A stretch of 64,000 bases of DNA, taken from the NCBI GenBank assembly GCA_946497775.1, contig CAMMLS010000001.1, positions 96,280-160,279 on the forward strand. Direction: 5' to 3'. A program made the position numbers and the translations under genes. The notes under the pieces are model-generated. The model searched no databases, was not told the origin of the DNA, and saw only the letters and a program-made list of their open reading frames with translations. Below are positions 49,132 to 58,866 of this stretch, piece by piece (positions within the stretch are counted from its first letter, which is position 1; every line of letters starts with the position of its first letter). This DNA is from an uncultured Clostridium sp. Its GTDB lineage: Bacteria; Bacillota; Clostridia; TANB77; CAG-508.

Positions 49132-50317
49132 GTGTTTGTAAAAATATTTTTTAACTATATAATTGGATATGTGAGTATAGTTGTAGAAGGATATTACATA
49201 GAAAGATTTATTAATATTTGTAAATCCAAAAATATATTTTTCTGGAATATGAAAAGAGAAAAATCAAGTCTTTTATATGCAAATGTAGGAATTAAAGAAT
49301 TTAAGCAATTAAAATCAATTGCTAAAAAATTAAAATGTAATATTAAAATAAAAAGAAAAAGAGGACTTCCATTTATATTTAACAAATATAAAAAAAGAAA
49401 AATTTTTGTAGTATTACTTTTGCTAGTCGTAGTATTACTTACAACATGTTCAAACTATGTATGGAATGTGGAAATAACTGGCTTAGAAAACATATCATAT
49501 GAAGAAATATCAGACCAATTAGAAGAAGCTGGTTTAGCAGTAGGAATAAGCAAAAACAAAATAGATGTAAAAAAAATAACAAATGATATTAGATTAAAAA
49601 GAGACGATATAGCATGGATAGGTATTAATATAACAGGAACTAATGCTAAAGTAGAAATTGTAGAAGCAAAAGAAAAGCCAGAAATAATAGATGAAAATGA
49701 ATATTGCAACATAATAGCAGATAAAGAGTGTATGATAACCAAAATAAATGTACAAAATGGAACAGCAATGGTAAAAAAAGGAGATATAGTAAAAGTGCGG
49801 AGATGTTTTAGTAGAAGGCAAAATACAAGGTAAGTATACAGACGCAATATATGTTAATGCATTAGCAGATATACAAGGGAAAGTTTGGTACAGTAAAAAG
49901 AAATTTGAAACATTTAATCAAACAATAGAAGAAAAAACAGGAAGAGAAGAAAATAAATATGCAATAAAATTTAATAATTTCCAAATAAATTTTTATAAAA
50001 CACTTTCAAAATTTGAAAATTATGATACAATAAATGAAGAGAAAAAATTAAGTGTTTTTTCTAATTTCTACTTACCAATAGAAATAATAAAAACAAGTAA
50101 CTATGAGAAGATAACTAAAAATATAACATATAGTGAAAATGAATTAAAAAACAAAATTATAAAAGAACTAGAAGATGAACTAAAAACTGAAATTGGTGAA
50201 GAAAAAAATATAATAGATAGATATATGTATTATAAAAAAACAGATACAGGAATCGAAATAGAATTGGTATATGAGATATTAGAAAATATAGGGACAAAAG
50301 AAAAAATAAACATTTAA
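49132..50317 (+). CDS. yqfD: sporulation protein YqfD; frame broken (+1) at CGG 49798-49800
   Basis: Upstream frame: ...GYVSIVVEGYYIERFINICKSKNIFFW...GDIVKV. My translation of the +1 frame reads GDVLVEGKIQGKYTD... and stays open to TAA 50315-50317. Confidence 0.8.
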
Positions 50318-50336
50318 GGAAAAGGGTGGTTTATAT

Positions 50337-51524
50337 ATGGAAGAAAGAAGTTTAAGAGTATTACGTGCAGACACAACATTTTTTTCAAAAATCTCAACAA
50401 CAATTAGTAAATTATTAGTACCTACAAAGGTTGGAATAAATGGAATGTTAATTTCTATAAAAAGAAATAATGTTCTAAAATCATACGAGGCATTTAAGGA
50501 AAGTGCAGATATTATAGATACAGAAAAAAAAGATGCAATTTCCAAAAAATATGAAGAGACATATGCATTATATTTAGAAGCAATAGATAAATATGTAATG
50601 GACTCAATTTATACAAAAGTTAAAAATGATAATGCCTCAGATTTTGAAAAAAACGCTTTATCTAAATATTACGAAATAACAAGATTAAAAGAAAATGAAT
50701 ATATAGAATACAAAAATAGAAAACAAAAATATCTTTTGGAATTAGATTTTGAAGGAATAAAATTAAATAATAAAACAAAATTATATAATAGATATGTTGC
50801 ATTTTATTTATCAAAGGTAGATGCACTTTATAAAGCTATATTAAAAAATTATTCTGTTAAATTATCAGATAATTTAAGCTCAAAAACTATTTCAAGAGAT
50901 GAAGTATATAAAAAAATATTTAAAACATTAGAAGAATACATAGATGAAATAATGCCATTAAAAGTAGAGTATGATAAAGTAAAATGTGAAGAAGTATTAG
51001 AAGAGTATGATAAATTAGAAGGCTTCTCAGTAGGAAAATTAGATGAAATAAATCATATGGAAAAAAATATGATGCTACTTGGAATAAGCAGAAAATTGTT
51101 CACACACAGTTTGCCACTAATTGTGGCAGAACAATGCTATATAGATTTACTTAAAAAAACAAGAGAATTAATTGTAAATGCAAAATCAAATGATAAAAAA
51201 GAGGAAGCATATGAATTGCTAATAAAATTAATAGAAGATTATAATATAAAATTATTATCAACTAAAATTTATTGGGAAAAACCACAAGAAAGAGCAGATT
51301 ACAAAATTTTCTGGGACAAGTATAAAAACGTAAAAGATTATAAAGAAAAAGAAATATTATTTATAAAAGAGGACTTAAAAAGACTAAATAGAAGTAAAAA
51401 AGATTATAAAAATATAATTAAATTGCATAAACAAAAATTAGTTGAATTAGGAGAAATGAGACAAATAAAAGACAAATGTAAAACAATAACAGGAAGGTTT
51501 GTAAAAAAATGTGTGAGTTGTTAG
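50337..51524 (+). CDS. hypothetical helical protein (395 aa), no family recognised
   Basis: Long ORF with an RBS, K/E-rich and predicted helical. It ends ...KKCVSC and overlaps the ybeY start by 16 nt. Confidence 0.6.
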   Translation: MEERSLRVLRADTTFFSKISTTISKLLVPTKVGINGMLISIKRNNVLKSYEAFKESADIIDTEKKDAISKKYEETYALYLEAIDKYVMDSIYTKVKNDNASDFEKNALSKYYEITRLKENEYIEYKNRKQKYLLELDFEGIKLNNKTKLYNRYVAFYLSKVDALYKAILKNYSVKLSDNLSSKTISRDEVYKKIFKTLEEYIDEIMPLKVEYDKVKCEEVLEEYDKLEGFSVGKLDEINHMEKNMMLLGISRKLFTHSLPLIVAEQCYIDLLKKTRELIVNAKSNDKKEEAYELLIKLIEDYNIKLLSTKIYWEKPQERADYKIFWDKYKNVKDYKEKEILFIKEDLKRLNRSKKDYKNIIKLHKQKLVELGEMRQIKDKCKTITGRFVKKCVSC

Positions 51525-51976
51525 AAATAGAGTATTTGGATATAGAAGAAAATAAAGAAAATGAAGAAATAATAAAAAAAGTATTAAACCAATGTTATAA
51601 AACAGAAAATTTAAATCCAGAATACTTATATGTAAATATAATATTAACAAATCCAGAAAACATAAGAAAATATAACAAAGAATATAGAAATATAGACTCA
51701 GAAACAGATGTATTATCTTTCCCAATGTTTGAAAAAGGAGAACTAAATAATTTCAAAAGTTGTTGCAAAGAAGTTCTTGGAGATATAATAATATCATTAG
51801 AAAGAGTGGAACAACAAGCAAAAGAATATGGACACAGTTTTCAAAGAGAATTAGCATATATGGTAGTACACGGATTTTATCACTTAATGGGATATGATCA
51901 TATTAATGAAGATGATAAAAAAGTAATGAGAACAAAAGAAGAAAATATTTTAAAAGCATTAAAAATAGAAAGATAG
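51509..51976 (+). CDS. ybeY: rRNA maturation endoribonuclease YbeY
   Basis: ETDVLSFPM and the zinc motif HGFYHLMGYDH. Confidence 0.9.
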   Translation: MCELLEIEYLDIEENKENEEIIKKVLNQCYKTENLNPEYLYVNIILTNPENIRKYNKEYRNIDSETDVLSFPMFEKGELNNFKSCCKEVLGDIIISLERVEQQAKEYGHSFQRELAYMVVHGFYHLMGYDHINEDDKKVMRTKEENILKALKIER

Positions 51977-51989
51977 TGGAGTTGAGGTT

Positions 51990-52727
51990 ATGAAAAAAGA
52001 ACCAGATAAAGAAAAAAAATTACATAATTCAAATTTTTTTGATGCATGTAAAAATGCTGTAAATGGAATTATTTATGGAACAACAACTCAGTCAAATGTA
52101 AAAAAACAATTAATAATAATAGCATTTGTAATATTAATTAGTTTGTTTTTTAATCTATCAAAAGTTGAATTCATATGCTTAATATTTGCAGTTGTTCTTA
52201 TAATATTTGCAGAAATGGTAAATACAGCAGTAGAAACAGTAGTAGATTTATATACAGATTTATACCATCCGAAAGCAAAAATTGCTAAAGACGTAGCAGC
52301 AGGTGCAGTTGTAATTACAGCTTTAAATGCCGTAATTATAGCATACTTTATATTTTTCGATAAAATAGGTGAAATGGGAAATAGTATATATAAAACTGTA
52401 ATTAATTCTCCAACATATCTAGCATTTGTAGTTGTTGCTTTAATTATAATATTAGCAGTTGCTCTAAAAGCTGAAAAAATAAAGGATAAGAAAAATAATA
52501 AACAACTTATAATAAGTTGTCAATCTATGCTAGCATCGGCAGCAGTAGTTGCAACATGGATTGTAACAGAAAATTTAGTAGCATTATCTTTTGCTTTAAT
52601 ATTAGCAATAATGATATGCATGAACAGAGTTGAAAGTAAAGAAAGAACAATAACAGAAGTTATATTAGGCGTAATGATAGGAATACTTATAACAATATTA
52701 ATGTATGGATTAGCATTGTTTAAATAA
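51990..52727 (+). CDS. dgkA: diacylglycerol/undecaprenol kinase (DgkA family) with extra C-terminal TM domain
   Basis: NAVNGIIYG...AEMVNTAVETVVDL...AKDVAAGAVV. At 245 aa it is longer than the roughly 120-aa core. Confidence 0.8.
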   Translation: MKKEPDKEKKLHNSNFFDACKNAVNGIIYGTTTQSNVKKQLIIIAFVILISLFFNLSKVEFICLIFAVVLIIFAEMVNTAVETVVDLYTDLYHPKAKIAKDVAAGAVVITALNAVIIAYFIFFDKIGEMGNSIYKTVINSPTYLAFVVVALIIILAVALKAEKIKDKKNNKQLIISCQSMLASAAVVATWIVTENLVALSFALILAIMICMNRVESKERTITEVILGVMIGILITILMYGLALFK

Positions 52728-52774
52728 TATATTAATCTATAACAATAAAATATATAAAGAAATGGGGAATCTTT

Positions 52775-53824
52775 ATGAAAAAAGTTCTAATAATTATTCT
52801 TGTACTAGTAATTATAGGGGCAGGAGGATGGCTTGCGTACCAAAATGCAAATAATAATTTAAATGCAAATGCAAATGATCCTATTGCAAAACAAGATGAT
52901 GGAAAAGATCCGACGATTGTAGAATTAGATGTAGAACCACAAAAAAAGATTAATATATACAATGGAACATCAAGACCAATAGCGGTTATGATTGATAATA
53001 ATGTGAAAGCACAACCACAAGCTGGGTTAAACGATGCATATTTAGTATATGAGATAATTGTAGAAGGTGGAGAAACAAGACTAATGGCTTGCTTTAAAGG
53101 AGTAGACCTTGAAAAAATAGGCCCTGTAAGAAGCTCAAGACATTACTTTCTAGATTATGCAATTGAAAATAGTGCAATATATGTTCATTTTGGATGGAGT
53201 CCACAAGCACAATCAGATATTTCTACATATAAAGTTAACAATATAAATGGAATACAAGAAAGTAGCAAATCTTTTTGGAGAGTAAAAGATAAATCAGCTC
53301 CACACAATGCAGTAACAAGTACAGAAAAAATTCTTGAAATTGCAGAAAAGAAAAACTACAGTATAGAATCCAATGCACCAAGTGTATTAAATTATGTAAC
53401 AGACGAGGTAAATTTAGAAGATGGAACAGTAGCAAATACAGTTGTAATACCATACTCATCATCAAATAAAGTATCATATGTATATAATCCAGAAACAAAA
53501 ATGTATACTAGATATTCAAAAGGAAAGAAACAAACAGATTGGACAACAAAGGAAGATATTACAACTAAAAATATAATCATAACAAAAGCAAGAAATTACA
53601 CATTAAAGGATAGTGAAAACAAAGGAAGACAAGGATTAGAAAATATTGGAACACTAGATGGATACTACATAACAAATGGACAAGTTATTCCAATAACATG
53701 TACAAAAACAAGTAGAACAAGTCAAACAGAGTATAAAGATTTAAACGGAAATGAAATAGAAGTAAATGATGGAAGAACATTTATACAAATTTGTCCATTA
53801 GATGCAGATATAACATTTGAATAA
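52775..53824 (+). CDS. DUF3048-domain protein (YerB-like)
   Basis: N-terminal anchor, then AVMIDNNVKAQPQAGLNDAYLVYEIIVEGGETRLMACF and VRSSRHYF. Confidence 0.75.
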   Translation: MKKVLIIILVLVIIGAGGWLAYQNANNNLNANANDPIAKQDDGKDPTIVELDVEPQKKINIYNGTSRPIAVMIDNNVKAQPQAGLNDAYLVYEIIVEGGETRLMACFKGVDLEKIGPVRSSRHYFLDYAIENSAIYVHFGWSPQAQSDISTYKVNNINGIQESSKSFWRVKDKSAPHNAVTSTEKILEIAEKKNYSIESNAPSVLNYVTDEVNLEDGTVANTVVIPYSSSNKVSYVYNPETKMYTRYSKGKKQTDWTTKEDITTKNIIITKARNYTLKDSENKGRQGLENIGTLDGYYITNGQVIPITCTKTSRTSQTEYKDLNGNEIEVNDGRTFIQICPLDADITFE

Positions 53825-53905
53825 TTAAATCAACGACAAGTTTTGGCAAAATCAGCACAAAAGATATGATAAACTATATACATAACAAACAAAATGGAGG
53901 AATAT

Positions 53906-54802
53906 ATGGAGACATTTAAATCTGGTTTTGTATCAATAATAGGAAAAACAAATGTAGGTAAATCTACTATGCTAAATAGTATAATAGGAACACAAGTTGC
54001 AATAACTACATCAAAACCTCAAACTACAAGAACTGCAATAAAAGGAATTGTAAACAGAAAAAATTCACAAATTGTATTTATAGATACACCAGGAATACAT
54101 AAAGCCAAAAGTAAATTTGGAGAAGCAATGACAAATATTGCTTATGAAGCATTAGGAGAAGTAGATGTAATATTATTTTTAATTGAAGCTACATATACAC
54201 ACATAGGAACAGCTGATAAAATTATATTAGAAAAATTAAAAGAAAAAAATAAAAAAGTAATACTTGTAATAAATAAAATAGATTTGGTACCAAAAGAAAA
54301 TTTATTAAAACTAATAGAGTTATATAGAAACGAGTATAATTTTAAAGCAATAGTACCAATATCTGCACTAAAAAATAAAGAGATAGAAACTTTATTAATA
54401 GAAATAGAAGAACTCTTACCAGTAGGTCCAGCATATTATAATATAGATGAATATACAGACCAAACAGAAAGACAGATTGTAGAAGAAATAGTAAGAGAAA
54501 AATGCTTAAAACTTTTAAATGACGAAATACCACACGGAATATATGTAAAAGTAGAAAAAATGAAACTTAGAAAAACAAAAAATGGGGAAGACATATATGA
54601 TGTTGATATAATAATTTATTGTATGAAAAATTCTCATAAAGGCATTATAATTGGAAAAGATGGTAACATGCTAAAAAAAATTGCTTCATATTCAAGACAA
54701 AAAATAGAAAAAATATTAGATATAAAATTGAATATGAATATATGGGTCAAAGTACAAGAAGATTGGCAAAATAGAGATAATATTATAAAAAATATATGTT
54801 AA
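53906..54802 (+). CDS. era: GTPase Era
   Basis: G1 is GKTNVGKST, G3 is DTPG and G4 is NKID, with a C-terminal KH domain. I chose ATG 53906 (RBS ggagg). Confidence 0.95.
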   Translation: METFKSGFVSIIGKTNVGKSTMLNSIIGTQVAITTSKPQTTRTAIKGIVNRKNSQIVFIDTPGIHKAKSKFGEAMTNIAYEALGEVDVILFLIEATYTHIGTADKIILEKLKEKNKKVILVINKIDLVPKENLLKLIELYRNEYNFKAIVPISALKNKEIETLLIEIEELLPVGPAYYNIDEYTDQTERQIVEEIVREKCLKLLNDEIPHGIYVKVEKMKLRKTKNGEDIYDVDIIIYCMKNSHKGIIIGKDGNMLKKIASYSRQKIEKILDIKLNMNIWVKVQEDWQNRDNIIKNIC

Positions 54803-54890
54803 CATAAGTTAAATTTTTCTAGTATTTATTTAAAAAAAATACAAATGATAAAATAAAGGTAAAATTGCTAAATTTAAGGAGATGATAATT

Positions 54891-55046
54891 ATGATTAAAG
54901 ACCTTGCATGGAATACCTTTAAAAACACAGGGAATATAGATACATTTCTAGAACTTACCCAAATGAAGAAAATAGAAGATGATATTTTATTAGGTGAAAA
55001 ATATGGGGACGATCAAAACAAAGGGAATAATACTATCGGAAAATAA
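54891..55046 (+). CDS. yqzL: YqzL-family small protein
   Basis: MIKDLAWNTFKNTGNIDTFLELTQMKK... resembles YqzL, and the era-yqzL-recO order is conserved in Firmicutes. It overlaps the recO start in another frame. Confidence 0.5.
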   Translation: MIKDLAWNTFKNTGNIDTFLELTQMKKIEDDILLGEKYGDDQNKGNNTIGK

Positions 55047-55731
55047 TATGGACGATTTTGATAAAATGCTTACAATGCTTACCCCAGGAATGGGAAAAAT
55101 ATCATGTGCTGCTAAAGGGGCAAGACGACCTAAAAGCTTGCTCCTAGGTGGTACACAATTTTTATGTTTTGGAGAATATGTTTTATATAAGGGAGGAGAA
55201 ACATATAATATAAACTCTTGTGAGCCAATAGAAGTATTTTATAATATAAGAACAGACTTAGACAAGCTTAAATATGCAGTACATATTACGAAAATCATAA
55301 ACGATTTAGCTTACGAAAATCAAAATTGTTATAGAATTTTACAGCTATTTTTAAACACATTATATGTAATATCAGAAAAAGATAAAGATTTAAATCTGGT
55401 ACTTGCAATATTTAAAATAAAACTATTATCTATAATAGGATATATGCCAAATGTACAATGTTGTAGCAATTGCAAAACAAAGGAAAACATAGATAGTTTT
55501 AGTTTTAAACAAGATGGATTTTTGTGCAAAGATTGTAGCAAGCAAGATACAAGTGCAATACACATTTCGGAAAATACTAAATGTGCGCTTCAATACATTA
55601 TTTTTAGTGAAGCTAAAAAAATATTTTCTTTTAATATGCCAGAAGCTGATTTAAAAGAATTGCAAATTGTCGCTAAAATTTATTTTAACGAAAAGCTTGA
55701 AAAAGAATATAAATTAGAAGATTTATTCTAA
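55003..55731 (+). CDS. recO: DNA repair protein RecO
   Basis: MGTIKTKGIIL...GKISCAAKGARRPKS..., with zinc motif CSNC...CKDC. Confidence 0.85.
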   Translation: MGTIKTKGIILSENNMDDFDKMLTMLTPGMGKISCAAKGARRPKSLLLGGTQFLCFGEYVLYKGGETYNINSCEPIEVFYNIRTDLDKLKYAVHITKIINDLAYENQNCYRILQLFLNTLYVISEKDKDLNLVLAIFKIKLLSIIGYMPNVQCCSNCKTKENIDSFSFKQDGFLCKDCSKQDTSAIHISENTKCALQYIIFSEAKKIFSFNMPEADLKELQIVAKIYFNEKLEKEYKLEDLF

Positions 55732-55840
55732 AAAAATAAATTTTTCATGTAAGGTTAATGACATTTTAGTGAAAGTACTTTACAATATTAAAAAATAATA
55801 ATATAATAAGGGTGTAATACAAAGTGAAAGGAGAATTACT

Positions 55841-56374
55841 ATGGATATAAAAATAGTAGGAAAAGATTTAAAAGCAACAGAAGCAATAAAAGATTACACA
55901 GCAAAAAAATTGGAGAGAATAGAAAAATACTTTGATACAGATATTAGTGCACTAGTTACAATTAGAGTAGAAAAAAATGTACAAATAGCAGAAATGCATG
56001 TAACTGTTAAAGGAGATACATATAGAGCTGTTACAGAACATGCAGATTTATATGCTTCAATAGACAAAGATATAGACATTCTAGAAAGACAAATTAGAAA
56101 AGCAAAAACAAGAAAAGAAAGAGCAAATAAAGATGATTCTTTAAAACAAAAGGCTATGGAAGGAATGGAACAAAAAACAGAAAAAATAGAAGATGAAATA
56201 TTAAAAGTTTCATACTATGAAATAAAACCTATGTCTCCAGAAGATGCAAAATTAAGATTGCAAGAAAGAAAAGATAGATTTATGCCATTTGTAAATGTTG
56301 ATACAGGTAAAGTGAATGTAATTTTTAGACTAAAAGATGAGGTTAATTTTGGATTATTAGAACCAGAAGCATAG
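55841..56374 (+). CDS. hpf: ribosome hibernation promoting factor (long HPF)
   Basis: IKDYTAKKLERIEKYF...AEMHVTVKGDTYRAVTEHADLYASIDKDIDILERQIRK, plus the C-terminal dimerisation domain. Confidence 0.9.
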   Translation: MDIKIVGKDLKATEAIKDYTAKKLERIEKYFDTDISALVTIRVEKNVQIAEMHVTVKGDTYRAVTEHADLYASIDKDIDILERQIRKAKTRKERANKDDSLKQKAMEGMEQKTEKIEDEILKVSYYEIKPMSPEDAKLRLQERKDRFMPFVNVDTGKVNVIFRLKDEVNFGLLEPEA

Positions 56375-56395
56375 TTTTTTTAAAAAAGATAATAA

Positions 56396-56437
56396 TAAGA
56401 AGGATATACGATTAAAGTATATCCTTCTTAATTTTTT
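56396..56437 (+). terminator. rho-independent terminator
   Basis: TAAGAAGGATATAC pairs with GTATATCCTTCTTA, followed by a T-run. Confidence 0.8.
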
Positions 56438-56486
56438 AATAGAAAAAAATATTGTAAAAAATTTCTAGTTTAAAAATTAACAAAGT

Positions 56487-56516
56487 GCACAATATATATA
56501 TAGAAAAGACATAGTA
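56487..56516 (+). promoter_or_regulatory. candidate forespore (sigma-F/G type) promoter for the SASP gene
   Basis: GCACA, 18 nt, CATAGTA. This resembles the recalled sigma-G pattern (GHATR, 17-18 nt, CATxxTA), but the match is weak. Confidence 0.3.
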
Positions 56517-56566
56517 AAGTTTTTTCAATATATATAATAGCAATTATGCAGGAGGTGAATGTAGAA

Positions 56567-56773
56567 ATGGCAAACAGAAATTCAAACAGAAAATTAGTTC
56601 CAGAAGCTATGGATTCATTAGATAAATTCAAATATGAAGTAGCTAGTGAAGTTGGAGTTAACTTAAAAAACGGTTACAATGGAGATATATCTGCAAGAGA
56701 TGCTGGTAAAATAGGTGGAAACATGGTTAGAAAAATGATTCAACAGGCTGAAAATCAAATGATTGGTAGATAG
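56567..56773 (+). CDS. alpha/beta-type small acid-soluble spore protein
   Basis: NRKLVPEAMDSLDKFKYEVASEVGV...GDISARDAGKIGGNMVRKMIQQAE. I chose ATG 56567 (RBS ggaggtg). Confidence 0.9.
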   Translation: MANRNSNRKLVPEAMDSLDKFKYEVASEVGVNLKNGYNGDISARDAGKIGGNMVRKMIQQAENQMIGR

Positions 56774-56793
56774 TTTGTTTTGCAGAAAATTAT

Positions 56794-56830
56794 AAAAACG
56801 GCACATCTTTAAATTAGATGTGCTGTTTTT
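56794..56830 (+). terminator. rho-independent terminator
   Basis: CGGCACATCT pairs with AGATGTGCTG, followed by a T-run. Confidence 0.8.
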
Positions 56831-56894
56831 AAATTTTAAAATCTTGACAAGATGTAAGCCAATGATATAATAATTATAAAAAAAGGAGAATTAC

Positions 56895-57771
56895 ATGTAT
56901 AAATTAATAGCAATAGATTTAGATGGAACACTTCTAAATTCAAAAGGAGAGGTATCAACTGAAAATAGAAATGCAATAAATTTAGCAAAACAAAAAGGAA
57001 TAGAAGTGGTGCTATGCTCTGGAAGAATAACAAGTTCGGTTCAAACACTAAGCAAAGATATAGGCGCAGATAATTATCTTATATCCGGTAATGGAGCAGA
57101 ATTATATGACATAAAAAATAAAAAAATATTGTATGAAAATTATATGAGTAGAGAAACAGTGTTAAAACTTATTAAATTTTGTGAAGGAAACAGTATATAT
57201 TATAGCATCTTCTCTGAAAATGCTATAATTGCAAAAACATTAAATTACAATGTTCTAGTTTATAATAGCGAAAATGCCACAAAACCAGTAGATAAAAAAA
57301 CAAATATAAATATAACACAGAACATATATGAATACATAGAAAATGGGAGAGCAGATAAATTTTCGAAAATTACAATATGCGATAATAACAAAACTATTTT
57401 TAATGGGATTATTAACAAATTAAGAACAATTAAAAACATAGAAGTTTTAGATGTTGCACATATGGCTAATAAGACTATAAATACTGAAAAAGGTGAAATA
57501 AATGTTCAATATTATTACACAGAAGTAACTTCTAAAAATGTTAATAAATGGAATGCATTAATAAAATTAGCAGAAAACCTAAATATTAATGCTAATGAAA
57601 TCGCATGTATAGGTGATAATGTTAATGACAAAGAAATGATACAAAATTCGGGCCTTCGGAATAGTTATGGGAAACAGTGCGCCATATATAAAAGAAATTG
57701 GAGATTATATAGTAGAAACAAACAATAATAATGGAGTTGCAGAAGCGATTAAAAAATATTGCTTAAAATAA
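56895..57771 (+). CDS. Cof-type HAD-IIB phosphatase; frame broken (+1) at CGG 57657-57659
   Basis: Upstream frame: MYKLIAIDLDGTLLNS...IGDNVNDKEMIQNSGL. My translation of the +1 frame reads GIVMGNSAPYIKEIGDYIVETNNNNGVAEAIKKYCLK and stops at 57769-57771. Confidence 0.8.
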
Positions 57772-57774
57772 GTA

Positions 57775-57822
57775 AAAAAACCACCAAAACAACCTTAGAT
57801 AGTTGCTTTGGTGGTTTTTTAT
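57775..57822 (+). terminator. rho-independent terminator
   Basis: CCACCAAAACAAC pairs with GTTGCTTTGGTGG (one mismatch), flanked by A/T runs. Confidence 0.75.
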
Positions 57823-57840
57823 TTTATTAGAAAAAAGCGG

Positions 57841-57932
57841 AATATTACTTTTATATTACATTTATATTACATTTGTAATATATGTTGTTTATAGTCTAAA
57901 ATTGTTGTATAATTAAATAAAATTGTATAATT
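57841..57932 (+). promoter_or_regulatory. repeat-rich control region upstream of the Tad-like operon
   Basis: Tandem 11-bp units: AATATTACTTT, then TTATATTACAT twice (57841-57872). A palindrome ATTACA-TT-TGTAAT sits at 57866-57879. There are two copies of TTGTATAATT (about 57905-57914 and 57923-57932). Confidence 0.45.
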
Positions 57933-57964
57933 TAATATGTTAAATTCTAAGGAGGAATATTAAA

Positions 57965-58849
57965 ATGGCAGTTAATCCAATGCAAAGAAAAGCAAGACAA
58001 TCTTTTTTATTAGGTATGTTACTAATGCTAGTTATAGCGGCAATAGTAGTAGGTATATTATTCATGCAAATAATGAATATGAAAGAAGCTGAAAATCAAA
58101 CAGCAGCCGCATCAAAACAAGTATATGCACTAAGAAGTGATATAAAATCAGGACAACCAATTACAACAGCTGATTTGGTAGCACAAACAGTTGTAACCAA
58201 CTTATCAACATCAGAAATCGCAACAGGAGCAGACTTAACTGAAAATACTGTTGCAAAAATAGACCTAGGGCAAGGAACTATTTTAACACAATCTATGATA
58301 GTAGAATCAAATGAAACAGTTCAAGATTCATTAAGGGTTCAAGAACTTAATATGCTTACATTACCAGCAGATTTAGAAACAAACGATTATATTGATATAA
58401 GATTAGTTTTCCCAAATGGACAAGACTATATAGTTGTTTCTAAAAAAAGAGTAATTCAATCTACTGAAACAACAGTATTTGTAAAACTTTCAGAAGAAGA
58501 AATATTAACAATGAGCAATGCAATTGTAGAATCATATATAACAGAAGGAAGCTTACTATATGCAACAAAATATGTTGACCCTGGAATTCAAAATGCGTCA
58601 GCACCTACATATACAGTAAGTAAAGAAGTATTGGACTTAATAGATACAAACCCAAATGTTACAGTAGATGCTAAGAATGCATTATATGCAAGATATGTTG
58701 GAGAAAACAGAAATCAAATTAATAATGTAATAAGTCCAAATATGGATGATTATACAGCAAATGTACAAGAAAAATTTGATGAGCAAATAAAAACCGCACA
58801 AGAAGAAAGAAATAGATATATAGAAACATTAGGTGGTACAGACTATTAA
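57965..58849 (+). CDS. CpaB/RcpC-like Flp pilus assembly protein
   Basis: N-terminal TM, then an SAF-like segment (VYALRSDIKSGQPITTADLVAQTV) typical of CpaB. Confidence 0.7.
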   Translation: MAVNPMQRKARQSFLLGMLLMLVIAAIVVGILFMQIMNMKEAENQTAAASKQVYALRSDIKSGQPITTADLVAQTVVTNLSTSEIATGADLTENTVAKIDLGQGTILTQSMIVESNETVQDSLRVQELNMLTLPADLETNDYIDIRLVFPNGQDYIVVSKKRVIQSTETTVFVKLSEEEILTMSNAIVESYITEGSLLYATKYVDPGIQNASAPTYTVSKEVLDLIDTNPNVTVDAKNALYARYVGENRNQINNVISPNMDDYTANVQEKFDEQIKTAQEERNRYIETLGGTDY

Positions 58850-58866
58850 TACAATAGGAGGAAAAT

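Noticed and set aside
12539-49847. Many 60-130-aa antisense or out-of-frame ORFs in the track lie inside conserved genes. Examples are 12539-12865, 13182-13397, 20514-20926, 24002-24313, 35395-35763, 38726-39079, 42067-42360, 44832-45161 and 49455-49847.
   Set aside because: Each lies wholly within a confidently identified gene on the other strand or in another frame. They are Leu/Phe/Ile-rich, as expected for AT-rich shadow frames, and have no RBS.
11572-56566. N-terminal extensions implied by ORF-track starts: pheS 11572, rpsF 28765, spoIIID 36872, M23 46225, era 53894, SASP 56546, rnj 19820 and recO 54994.
   Set aside because: In each case the extension runs through the gene's own Shine-Dalgarno sequence. 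A downstream ATG with proper spacing gives the family-typical N-terminus.
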